A stretch of DNA of 64,000 nt from Thermoplasmata archaeon (GTDB taxonomy: Archaea; Thermoplasmatota; Thermoplasmata; GCA-020350865): contig CP070751.1 in the NCBI GenBank assembly GCA_020348445.1, positions 32,001 to 96,000 on the forward strand, read 5' to 3'. Of the stretch, positions 48,501-59,200 are shown piece after piece (positions within the stretch are counted from its first letter, which is position 1; the number at the start of each line of letters is the position of its first letter). The position numbers and the translations under genes were made by a program. Under the pieces are notes generated by a model. That model saw only the letters and a list, made by a program, of their open reading frames with translations. It was not told the DNA's origin and made no database searches.

Positions 48501-51500
48501 TATCTGAAGTCGGAGGAGAGTCTAGCCTGTAATATACACCAGCTATCCCTGAGGCATCGATTGGATTGGTCCATGAAATATTAAACGAATTCCTTGAATT
48601 CCAGGTGCTCGGTTCTGCAGAAATTCCACCAGGTGGATCCGGTGCGGTTATATCTATTCCTAGAGTTTGGTAGGAGCTGTACGCACTCCAATTTCCATCA
48701 GAGTCCTTTGTGCGGACTTTCCAGAACCAAAAACCCTCAGCCATTGTAGTGTATCCTGTACCTGAAGGGAACTGCCAAAATTCGTTTGATGAACTTTGTT
48801 CACCGCTGTTATAATCTAGGCTTGTAAAACTGCTGTCATTATCGATCACAACTTGAAATTCTGTCTGGGTGCTGTCGGAATCGTTAAAACTCCAGCTGAA
48901 ATATGGGGTAGTATCGTTTGTCATAAAATTATCGGTAGGATTTAATGAACCGGGCGGGCCAGGTATTAAATTAAAATGTATGGTCAAATTATGTAAAACT
49001 GGTGTAATACTTGTGTTGCTCGTGTTTAGATAGGCTTCATATTGGAACCATTGTTCTCCGTGATGCCCCGACCAGATATTTGTTCCGGATGTTGTGTAAA
49101 AAGTGGAAGGTGTTCCATCGGGCCCTACAAAGTTCTTAACCGATAAACCGCCTTGTGTAGTCGCAGATCTTAATTGGAATTTAATTTCTGTATTTGCGGG
49201 TACGGTCGCATTCCAGTTAATTGTCCGCCACGAAACCTCTCCTCCAGTATTATATGGCTCTGACACCAATGTACCTAATGAAAAATACTGTTGATACGAT
49301 AAATTTATGTTCCTTAGAATAGGCGTGTCTATTCCATCAGAATAGAAATTGACATGGTAGTAAAATCTAGAACCATTCCATCCTAAAGTAGTGAGGTCAA
49401 TGAGATTTGTACCTCCGGATATAGTATCCCAACCATTTATAGAACCGGAAGAATTATACCAGTTAAAAGAGTCTTTTGAAAATTGCACTTTAATACCTGT
49501 TCCAAAGGGCTTGACTACTTCACATGTAAAATTATTAATCGAATATATCTTACTATCGGTAAGTATATTATTAGAAATTATCTCACCCCAAGATGAATCG
49601 TCTTTAACCAGCCAGATATTGGGTTTACCTGGAACACCGATCCCATAAGAGTACGTATCACCAACGATGATATATCCTCCATTAGGGGTCTGCTGAACTT
49701 CTTTACCCCATCCACCCCAGAAGAATTTAAACCATTTCTCATTCCCTAAAGAATCGGTTTTGATAGAATCAATAGTGCCTGTAATTATAAAACCTCCATC
49801 GAATGTCTGCTGGACAGAATACCCCCTATCATTACCACTCCCGCCGAAGGTTTTATTCCATTGCTCATTACCGAAAGAATCTGTCTTAATCAGCCATACA
49901 TCCCAACCTCCAGCACCATAAGTGTTTGTTTCTCCAGCTATGATATATCCTTCATCGGTAGTCTGTTGTACTGAATAACTGTAATCAGGGTCAGATGCAC
50001 CGCCGAAAGTCTTATTCCATATCTCATCTCCATTATTATCAGTTTTAATCAACCATACATCTCCGCCTATATATCCCGCTATTATAAAGCCGCCATCAGT
50101 GGTCTGTTGAACTGAATATCCCCTATCAGCAAAATTAACACCGAAGGTTTTGTTCCACTGTTCATTGCCTGACGAATCAGTCTTGATCAACCAGACATTA
50201 TAATTACTTGCACCAAAAGACATTGTACCACCAGCAAGGATAAAGCCATCATCAGAAGTCTGCTGTACTGAATACCCATAATCATGTTGGGGTCCACCGA
50301 AAGTTTTTTCCCAATGCTTATTACCTGAGGAGTCGGTCCTAATCAGCCAGACATCATAATTACTCCCACCAAAAGGCCATCTATACCCAACAATAATATA
50401 ACCGCCATCAGAGGTTTGTTGAACCGATTGACCACTACCACCCACTAATGAACCGAGGGTTTTGTTCCATTGCTCATTTCCTAACGAATCGGTCTTTATC
50501 AGCCATGCATCAGAAGTACCTACACTAAAAGAAGACGTGTCCCCAGTGATAATAAAGCCGCCATCAAAGGTCTGTTGGACTGAATAACCATATTCATAAC
50601 TAGCCCCACCGAAGGATTTACTCCATGACTCGACATCGGACGAATCTGTCTTAATCAGATATGCATCAGTTCCTCCCGCACCGTAAGAATATGTATACCC
50701 GGCAATAATATATCCTCCGTCAAAGGTTTGTTGGACTGAATAGGTATATTCACCTGAACTCCCACCGAAGATTTTATTCCATACCTCATTGCCTAATGAA
50801 TCGGTTTTGATCAGCCAAGCATCATAACCATCACCAAAGGAGCTTGTATAACCTGCAATGACATACCCCCCATCAGAAGTTTCTTGGACTGAATAACCTT
50901 GGTCCCAACCATTTCCGCCAATTGAATTATTCCATTGCTCGTTACCTGACGAATCTGTTTTAATTAACATTACATCCCTATGGCCGAGACTAAATAAATA
51001 AGTATAACCAGCTATGATAAATCCACCATCGGAGGTCTGCTGGAGGGATTCACCATAACTATAATCACCTACATTGAAGGTCTTATTCCATATCTCAGTT
51101 CCTAAAGAATCGGTCTTGATTAACCAGGCGGTCCAATTACCAACAGAACCATAAGATCGTGTAGTTCCAGCGATGATAAAGCCACCATCAGGGGTTTCCA
51201 GTACTGCTCGACCATGATCCCGGTCATCCCCACCAAAGGTTCTATTCCATTGCTCTATGCCGGTTTCGTTCGTTTTAATCAGCCAGGCATCCCAACTGCC
51301 TGCACCCCAAGAGCCGATATCTCCTGTAATGATATACCCACCATCGGAAGTTTCCTGAACTGCCTCACCATAATCAATGGAACTCCCGCCGAAGGTTTTA
51401 TTCCAAAGCTCATTACCTGATGAATCGGTCTTGATTAGCCATGCATCCCAATTGCTACCAACACCATAAGATTGTGTACTCCCAGCGATGATAAATCCGC

Positions 51501-53124
51501 CGTCAGACGTTTCATGAACTACTTCACCCCGATCACGATAACTTCCACCGAAGGTATTATTCCATTGTTCATTACCTGATGAATCGGTCTTGATCAACCA
51601 GGTATTATAATCGACAGCACCATAAGATCGTGTAGTTCCAGTGATGATAAAGCCACCATCGGAGGTCTGTTTGGCTGAGTAAGCATAATCATAGTTACTG
51701 GTCCCGAAGGTTTTTTCCCAGCCTTTTTTATTCGATGAATGAGTCTTGATAAGCCATAAATCATAACCGCCAGCGCCATAAGATGCAGAATACCCACATA
51801 CGATATAACCGTCATCTGAGGTCTGCTGAACTGAACAACCATAATCATTATCATTCCCTCCGAAGATTTTTATCCACTGCTCATTACCTGATGAATCGGT
51901 CTTGATAAGCCACACATCGCTATTACCAGCACCATAAGATGTTGTATTACCCGTGAGAATATACCCCCCATTGGAGGTCTGATGGGCCGAAATACCATAA
52001 TCATCTGAAAAACCACCGAAGGTCTTGTCCCATTGCTTTATGCCCGTTGCGTTCGTCTTGATAAGCCAAGCGTCCTTATCGCCAGAACCATAAGAATTGG
52101 TATTTCCAGCCATAATATAGCCCTTATCCCAACTCAACTGGACTGAGAAAACAGAATCACTTAAACTACCGCCAAAGGTTTTATTCCATTGCTCTATACC
52201 CGTCTCGTTCGTCTTAACTAGCCACGCATCAATATCACCTGCACCAAAAGATTGAGTATATCCTGTAATAAGATAACCATTATCGGAGGTCTCTAGAACC
52301 GCTCGACCAATATCATCTAAAGTACCACCAAATGTTTTATTCCATTGCTCTTTACCTGATGAGTCGGTCTTGATAAGCCAGAAATCATAACCACCAGCCC
52401 CATATGACGATGTTTGTCCAGCGATGATAAAACCGCCATCGGTGGTTTGCTTAACTGCTCTACCATAATCATGTACATTCCCACCATAGGTTTTATTCCA
52501 TTGCTCTTTACCTGATGAATCCGCCTTGATCAGCCAGGTATCCCAGCCACCAACGGAGAAAGAATATGTGAAACCTGTGAGAATATACTCTCCATCAGAG
52601 GTCTGCTGGACTGAATAACCTCGATCATCATTACTTCCACCAAAAGTGCTATTCCATTGCTCATTACCATATGTATCTGTTTTGATCAGCCAAGCATCAG
52701 AACTACCTGCACCATAGGAAGCTGTCTGCCCAGCGATAATACAACCCCCATCTGAGGTGGGATAGACCGAATACCCACGGTCTATTGAACCCCCACCAAA
52801 AGTCTTATTTATTTTATTGAGTTTTACTTCGCCTTCTGCAGTATCCACGATTACATTTCTTTTATAATTGATATTTGATTCACTAATGAAATCGTCTTCG
52901 ATGTATTTTGTCTGCAGATCTAGTGTCACATTATCATCAAGTGTAGCCAGCACATTGTTCAATTCTCCACCGTTAAAATCCGCTTCACTCGTCTGCACCC
53001 AACTCGAACCTGCAGATGCATTCTCAACAAAAGGCTCATCAAAAGGCATTACCTGAATTACAGACAAAATCAACAATATCCCTAGACACCCTCGAAATAC
53101 TCGTCTTACCTTACACCCACACAT
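45535..53124 (-). CDS. Giant type-I surface protein with 21 beta-propeller repeats, Ig-like stalk and conserved TM/cytoplasmic tail
   Basis: Signal peptide ending ENASA, 21 WNKTFGG..QTSDGGYII..WLIKTD repeats, 5 SWTNP modules, 2 TQP modules, 1 ITHTP module, 1 Big_5-like module. Confidence 0.92.
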   Translation of the reverse strand: MCGCKVRRVFRGCLGILLILSVIQVMPFDEPFVENASAGSSWVQTSEADFNGGELNNVLATLDDNVTLDLQTKYIEDDFISESNINYKRNVIVDTAEGEVKLNKINKTFGGGSIDRGYSVYPTSDGGCIIAGQTASYGAGSSDAWLIKTDTYGNEQWNSTFGGSNDDRGYSVQQTSDGEYILTGFTYSFSVGGWDTWLIKADSSGKEQWNKTYGGNVHDYGRAVKQTTDGGFIIAGQTSSYGAGGYDFWLIKTDSSGKEQWNKTFGGTLDDIGRAVLETSDNGYLITGYTQSFGAGDIDAWLVKTNETGIEQWNKTFGGSLSDSVFSVQLSWDKGYIMAGNTNSYGSGDKDAWLIKTNATGIKQWDKTFGGFSDDYGISAHQTSNGGYILTGNTTSYGAGNSDVWLIKTDSSGNEQWIKIFGGNDNDYGCSVQQTSDDGYIVCGYSASYGAGGYDLWLIKTHSSNKKGWEKTFGTSNYDYAYSAKQTSDGGFIITGTTRSYGAVDYNTWLIKTDSSGNEQWNNTFGGSYRDRGEVVHETSDGGFIIAGSTQSYGVGSNWDAWLIKTDSSGNELWNKTFGGSSIDYGEAVQETSDGGYIITGDIGSWGAGSWDAWLIKTNETGIEQWNRTFGGDDRDHGRAVLETPDGGFIIAGTTRSYGSVGNWTAWLIKTDSLGTEIWNKTFNVGDYSYGESLQQTSDGGFIIAGYTYLFSLGHRDVMLIKTDSSGNEQWNNSIGGNGWDQGYSVQETSDGGYVIAGYTSSFGDGYDAWLIKTDSLGNEVWNKIFGGSSGEYTYSVQQTFDGGYIIAGYTYSYGAGGTDAYLIKTDSSDVESWSKSFGGASYEYGYSVQQTFDGGFIITGDTSSFSVGTSDAWLIKTDSLGNEQWNKTLGSLVGGSGQSVQQTSDGGYIIVGYRWPFGGSNYDVWLIRTDSSGNKHWEKTFGGPQHDYGYSVQQTSDDGFILAGGTMSFGASNYNVWLIKTDSSGNEQWNKTFGVNFADRGYSVQQTTDGGFIIAGYIGGDVWLIKTDNNGDEIWNKTFGGASDPDYSYSVQQTTDEGYIIAGETNTYGAGGWDVWLIKTDSFGNEQWNKTFGGSGNDRGYSVQQTFDGGFIITGTIDSIKTDSLGNEKWFKFFWGGWGKEVQQTPNGGYIIVGDTYSYGIGVPGKPNIWLVKDDSSWGEIISNNILTDSKIYSINNFTCEVVKPFGTGIKVQFSKDSFNWYNSSGSINGWDTISGGTNLIDLTTLGWNGSRFYYHVNFYSDGIDTPILRNINLSYQQYFSLGTLVSEPYNTGGEVSWRTINWNATVPANTEIKFQLRSATTQGGLSVKNFVGPDGTPSTFYTTSGTNIWSGHHGEQWFQYEAYLNTSNTSITPVLHNLTIHFNLIPGPPGSLNPTDNFMTNDTTPYFSWSFNDSDSTQTEFQVVIDNDSSFTSLDYNSGEQSSSNEFWQFPSGTGYTTMAEGFWFWKVRTKDSDGNWSAYSSYQTLGIDITAPDPPGGISAEPSTWNSRNSFNISWTNPIDASGIAGVYYRLDSPPTSDTDGIFVVGSDITFLGNISVIGDGNHTIYVWLKDEAGNVNYLNYTTTYLHYDTTDPDSPIGVSAIPSSWTNMNSFNVSWTNPVDDAGIAGVYYKLYSAPTSNDDGIYVQGQEINNISGISVLDSGVHTIYIWLKDNANNVNFTTYSSTILFYDGLAPSSPINLKATPGDWTSTNSFTVSWTNPSEFSGIAGAFYKLKSAPTSDTDGTYVAGVDITYIDNIIVSGEGNHTIYVWLNDNLDNKDYNNHSIIYLLYDNSDPDPPIGLTANPATWNNTNSFDISWTNPSDTAGITGAYYKLDSAPTSDTDGTYVAGSNVTSLNGITVTGDGNHTIYVWLIDEAGNVNYLNYTTTYLYYDATAPDSPIGVSVTPSNWINTNSFDISWTNPSDLTGIAGAYYRFNSPPTSNTDGTLITNPGINSLMGIPVPLESSNEIFIWLVDDINNKDYTSYNTTYLYYDSSPPDSPLTVIANPSSWTDNTQPTITFETTDVVSGIDHYEISIDGESFSIQTSPYILPSQDDGIHNITVRAFDKAGNYIEGYVFVYIDTTGPESFTPTTSSEGWTSNTQPQISFSTTDDLSDIAHYEISIDGESFSIQTSPYTLPHQDNGIHNITIRAFDNVGNFIEEDIVVYIDTTPPVITHTPVTSGLKGTSIIIAATVTDENSGVASVTLFFKKQNEVVYTPIQMTLQENIYSAEISAATVDTDFIEYYIKAVDNSLPSNTIYFGKNGRVLTAPSTLDDIDILIQERDTIPPKVLDMSPDGSDVPIDSIITITFSETMIMNVTQSAFSITPHVEGKFEWVEMAGITLKFKPDIPLSYDTEYTVTISTSAKDLANIDLETEFNQAFQTEKEADAVQDKESFWDVWEPIITGATVLASIIVFLIGFLSIRRKRGKLKKHIDRIEDTFNEYKKDPQACEQELIALREDIKVDVRKGKIEENHFLILDKRIDDYLLDLKTMEKEEAGEVLEEDITEPVSEESISEEEDLGGGFE
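49591..52812 (-). repeat. 21 copies of a ~52-aa (156-bp) beta-propeller blade repeat
   Basis: Counted by hand in the translation. Confidence 0.9.
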
Positions 53125-53130
53125 ATATAC

Positions 53131-53192
53131 CCCCCCGTTTTGTATAATTCCTGAAATTAAGATAGAATATGGATATTTAAGTTTATCTTTTT
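53131..53192 (-). promoter_or_regulatory. Conserved BRE-TATA-leader cassette for the 45535-53124 gene
   Basis: Minus strand AAAAAGATAAA-CTTAAATA-TCCATAT..TTTCAG..TATAC..GGGGGG RBS. Confidence 0.7.
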
Positions 53193-53216
53193 ATCTGACC
53201 CTGGCCTCCCTCAATC

Positions 53217-56200
53217 CTATTCAAATCCACCGCTGATATCTTCTTCCTCTTCAGATATTGGCTCAGTCATATCCTCCTCCAACACCTCTCCTGCTTCCTC
53301 TTTTTCCATGGTTTTCAAATCCAATAAGTAGTCGTCTATCCTTTTATCCAATATCAGAAAATGATTTTCCTCGATCTTTCCCTTCCTAACATCGGCTTTA
53401 ATATCCTCCCTTAATTCAATCAGCTCCTTCTCGCATTCCTGAGGGTTCTGTTTGTATTCGTTGAATGTACTTTCTATTCTATCCATATATTGTCGAAGCT
53501 TGCTGCGTTTCTTTCTTACGGTAAGGAATCCAATAAGAAATACTATAATTGAAGCTAGAACTGTTGCACCAGTGATTATAGGCTCCCAGGTCTCCCAAAA
53601 TGACTCTTCGCCTTTCTCAGGATCTTCTTCTGTAGTAAAAGACCAACTATATTCATTCTCCAAATTATTACCCACAAAATCCTTTGCATCTGTTGAAATT
53701 GTGATAGTATATGTAGTTTCATACGATAAGGAAGAGTCCGGGGTAAAAACAAGCTTATTATATTCCCAAGTAAATTTTCCATCCACATAAGGTTCAATTG
53801 AAAATGCTTTTTTTGTATTGTCTTCTTGCATACGTTCACTAAATTGTAATGAGATAGTTGTGTCTATGGATATATCGACGCCTCTGGGTGTTTCTTCACC
53901 TATCGTTGGCGGGGAAACATCCTGAATTGAAGTGGTGATAAATTGCCAAGTAAACGCATTTTCTAAGTTATTACCAGCTATATCCTTTACCACGGTACCA
54001 ACAGTTACAGAATATGGTGTACCATACTCCATAGCATACTCCGAATTAAATATCAGTTTGTTTCCTTCCCAGTGGGCTGTTCCCGTAAGTTCAGGTGTGA
54101 TTGTAAATATATTATCTGTAATGGTTTTGTCCATTGCCTCACTAAACGTTACCGAGATTAAAGAACTTACAGGGACATTGTTGCCTTCTGGGAATTTCTC
54201 AATAATCGTTGGTGGTGTAATGTCTACATCCGATATCGTGATTACAATATCATTCTGGGAATTCGGCTCTTCAGAAACTTGACCGCCAGCACCATAATAT
54301 ACAATTGAGGGTTCAGAAGATTTATCTGCCGCCTTGAGGTAATAATCCACCCCGTCGACAGTGACTGTATCTGCAGGGATGTTGGCAGAATAAATATTAC
54401 CATTTCTCATCATTGTAATATTTGAAAATTTAGTGTCAATAATCTTCTTATAAAACAGCTCTACATAATCAACGCCGCTATGATCATCTGTAACGGTGGC
54501 TGATATAGTTATTGCAGAACCTTCATTACCGGCAGTAATAGGTGTATGTATTATAAGAGGGGATGTTGTGTCAATATGCACGTCGACATATCTGTCAATA
54601 TAATTTCCAGCCCTATCGTAAGCCCTGACAGTAATATTATATGTTCCATCTGACTGTGCAGGCAAAGTATAAGGACTTGTTTGGGTAGCAAAAGTGCCGT
54701 CGTTAATTCTGACTTCATAATGGTCAATACCGCTGGTTACATCGGTTGTAGAAAACGATATCTCGGGTTGATTGTCAGCTATCCAACCAGAAGGTGCAGT
54801 GGGATTGAAATCAACAGGATCGGTGGTATCGATATAAACTTCAACATAACCTTCAACGTAATTCCCAGCCAAATCAATAGCTCGCACTGTTATGTTATGT
54901 ACTCCATCAGACTGTGCTGGCAAAGTGTACGGGCTTGTCTGGATAGAATAACCTCCACCATCAATACTTACCTCATAATGGTCGATTCCGCTGAGTGTAT
55001 CGGTTGTAGAAAATGAAATAGTTGGCTGAGAATTATAGGTCCAACCACTTGGATCTGCTGTGGGAATAAAGTCATTTGGTAAAGTGGCATCTATGTATAC
55101 ATCAACAAAACCATCTCGATAATTACCCGCTTTGTCGTAGGCCCTTACTGTTATGTTATGTGTTCCATCAGACTGCTCAGGCAATGTATACGGGCTCATT
55201 TGGGTTGTGAAACTTCCACTGTCGATTTTCACTTGATAATAATCAATACCACTTGTTGCATCGATAGTGAAAAACGATATTTGAGGTTGGTTGTTGTTGG
55301 TCCAGCCATCAGGAGTGGCGAGGGGTGTGAAACTGTTTGGAGGAGTTATATCTATTGTTATATTCCAATAATTACTATACGGCGACCAATCGCCATCATT
55401 ATCCTTAACACGAACCTTCCAATAGTATATACCATCAGCTATTGTTGTATAACCTGTACCTGATGGGAACTGCCAGTATGGATTTGTGGAGCTCTGCTCT
55501 CCGCTGTCGTAATTCACACTATCGAACGCGCTGTCATCATCGATTAAAACCTCAAAGTCAGTTTGATAACCATCTAAATCGAAAAATGTCCAATCAAAGC
55601 TTGGTGTATTATTTATTGTTATCAGATTATTGGGTGGTGCTGTTAGAGTAGGTTCATTCGGAATAAGATTAAAGTGTATAGTTATATTATGCAAGATAGG
55701 CGAAACACTTGTGTTGGTCGTATAAAGATAGACTTTATATTGTATCCATTGATCACCATCATGGCCAGGCCATATATTTGATCCCGGTATGGTATAATTG
55801 GTCGACGAAGTACCGTCTGACCCTACAAAGTTCTTGGCCAATAAACCTCCTTGTGTTGAAGCGGTTCTCAATTGAAGTTTGATTTCCGTTCCAGGTGGTT
55901 TTGTGGCGCTCCAATTTAGAGTCCACCATGAAACTGATCCGCCGGTATCATACGATTCAGATTCAAATATACCTGATGGTTTATATTGTTGGTATGAAAA
56001 AATAATATTTTTAAGAATTGGCGTATCTATTCCATCAGAAGCGAAATTGACACGATAGTAAAACTGCGACCCGTTCCAACCTAACTGTTTAAAATTTATC
56101 ACATTGGTACTGCTGAATAAATTATCCCAGCCGTTCAAAGAACCTGTAGAATTATACCAACTGAGGGCATTTCTTGAAAATTGCACTTTTATACTGGTCC

Positions 56201-59200
56201 CTAGGGGTTTGACAACTTCAATTGTAAAGTTGTTGATTGCATACGCCACATCTCCCATGAACAGGTTCGTGGATATGATCTCGCCCCATGATGAATCGTC
56301 CTTCACAAGCCAGATATTGGGCAGGCTTGGAACACCTATACCATAAGAATTGGTATACCCCGCAATAATATAACCGCTGTCTGAAGTCTGATGGACTGAT
56401 CTTCCAGTGTCACTTTCACTTCCACCTAATATTTTAAACCATTTCTCACTACCAAACGAGTCGGTCTTGATTAGCCAGGCATTGTAACCACCTGTACCAT
56501 AAGAAATAGTAGAACCTGTGATAATAAATCCGCCGTCCGAGGTCTGCAGAACCGATTCACAATAATCTTGGGAACTCCCTCCGAAGGTTTTATTCCACTG
56601 CTCATTACCTGATGAATCGGTCTTGATAAGCCAGGCATCATATTTGCCTGCGCCATAAGATTGGGTATTTCCACCGATAATATAACCACCGTCGGAGATC
56701 TGATGGACAGAATAACCAGAATCAATATCACTCCCGCCGAAGGTCTTGTTCCAACTTTCGGTACCAGACGAATCAGTTTTGATAAGCCAGGCATCTGCAA
56801 TGCCGGCACCATAAGAATAGGTAATCCCTGCAATGATATAACCGCCGTCAGAGGTCTGCCAGACGGAATTGCCCCAATCATCTGAACTCCCGCCAAAGGT
56901 TTTGTTCCATGTTTCGTTACCTGACGAATCGGTCTTGATTAGCCAGGTATTATAACCCCCCGCACCATAAGATTCAGTGTAGCCTGCAATAATATAACCT
57001 CCATCTGAGGTCTGCTGGACGAAATTTCCAAAATCATGGATATTCCCCCCGAAGGTTTTGTTCCAACTTTCGGTTCCAGACGAATCGATCTTGATTAGCC
57101 ATGCATCTCTGAGGCCGACACCATAAGATTGGGTATTTCCAGCGATAATATACCCACCGTCGGCGGTCTGCTCGATGGAAGCTCCAAAATCATGATTACT
57201 CCCACCGAAGGTTTTATTCCATGTTTCGCTACCCGAAGAATCGGTCTTGATTAGCCAGGCATCATAACCACCGGCCCCATAAGATTCAGTGTAGCCTGCG
57301 ATAATATAACCTCCATCTGAGGTCTGCAGGACGGAAACCCCTTCATCACTTGAACTCCCACCGAAGGGCCGGCTCCAGCTCGCCACATCCTCTGAATTGG
57401 TCTTGATCAACCAGATATTAGGGTTGGACGGAGTACCGACACCGTAAGAATATGTACGTCCAACTAGGATATATCCACCATCTAAGGTCTGCTGGACATA
57501 ATAACCAAAATCATTTTCATTCCCACCGAAGATCTTATTCCATTGTTCTGCACCCGTGGAATCGGTTCGGATAAGCAATATATTTGATTTTGAAGGTGTA
57601 TTAATACCATAAGATCGGGTGGAGCCGATAATAATATACCCATCGTTTGCTGTCTGCTGGACACAGCGACCTACATCATTTTGGCTCCCACCGAAGGTAT
57701 TGTTCCAACTTTCAGCACCCGACGAATCGGTCTTGATAAGCCAGACATCATCGTTGCCTGTACCAAAAGACCCGGTATAACCAGCGGTAATATACCCACC
57801 GTCCGAGGTCTGCTGGACGGAATAACTAGTTTCATAATCACTTCCACCGAAGGTTTTGTTCCAAGTCTCAATTCCTGAGGAATCGGTCTTGATAAGCCAG
57901 GCATCTTCATTACCCGCACCATAAGAATAAGTGTGGCCGGCAATAATATAACCTCTGTCGGAGGTCTGCTGGACAGAATAACCACGATCATATTCAATCC
58001 CACCGAAAGTGTTGTTCCAAGTCTCAATTCCCAAGGAATCGGTTTTGATAAGCCAGGTATTTGATTTGAAAGGTGTATTAATGCCAAAAGATAAGGTATG
58101 GCCGGCAATAATATACCCCCCATCGAATGTTTGCAGAACCGATTCACCATAATCTGCGCTATCCCCTCCAAAAGTTTTGTTCCACTGCTCACTACCTGAA
58201 GAATTGGTCTTGATAAGCCATACGTCAATGTCGCTACCGCCATAGGATTTGGTATAACCTGTAATTATATATCCTCCGTCGACGGTCTGTTGGATGGAAT
58301 AGCTGGAATCACCATCACTCCCTCCAAAGGTCTTATTCCACTGTTCCTTTCCTGACGAATCGGTCTTGATGAGCCAAACATTTGATTGTGAAGGTGTATT
58401 AATACCATAAGAATAGGTGGTTGCCGCTATAATATACCCACCGTCCGAGGTCTGCTGGACGCAACGACTTCCATCATATTGACTTCCTTCAAAGATATTA
58501 TTCCAGTTCTCAACATCAGGCGAATCGGTCTTGATTAGCCAGACATCATAACCGCCGGCACTAAAAGATTCGGTATAGCCAGAGATAATATACCCTCCGT
58601 CAGAGGTCTGCCGAACGGACTTACAATAATCATATGTACTCCCACCGAAAAACTTAAACCATTTCTCACCACCAGACGAATCGGTCTTGATTAGCCACGC
58701 ATCATCTTTGCCTGCGCCCCAAGACTTTGTATTGCCACCGATAATATACCCACCGTCCGAGGTCTGTTGGACAGAATAACTTTCATCAAGAAAACTTCCA
58801 CCGAAGGTTTTGTTCCATGTTTCGCTGCCTGAAGAATTGGCCTTAATTAGCCAGGCATCAACACTACCAATACCATATGAATTGGTAGATCCAGCGATAA
58901 TATACCCTCCGTCGGAGGTCGGCTGGACGGAATTACCATGATCATATCCAATCCCGCCAAAGGTGTTGTTCCAACTTTCAGCACCTGATGAATCGGTCTT
59001 GATAAGCCAGACATCAGCACTGCCAGTGCCATAAGAATGAGTATATCCCGCAATAATATAACCCCCCCCAGAGATCTGATGGACTGAATAACCTTTATCA
59101 GTAGAACTCCCGCCGAAGGTTTTGTTCCATTGTTCATTACCTGACGAATCGGTCTTGATAAGCCAGACATCAGAGCCGCCAGCACCATAAGAACTGGTAT

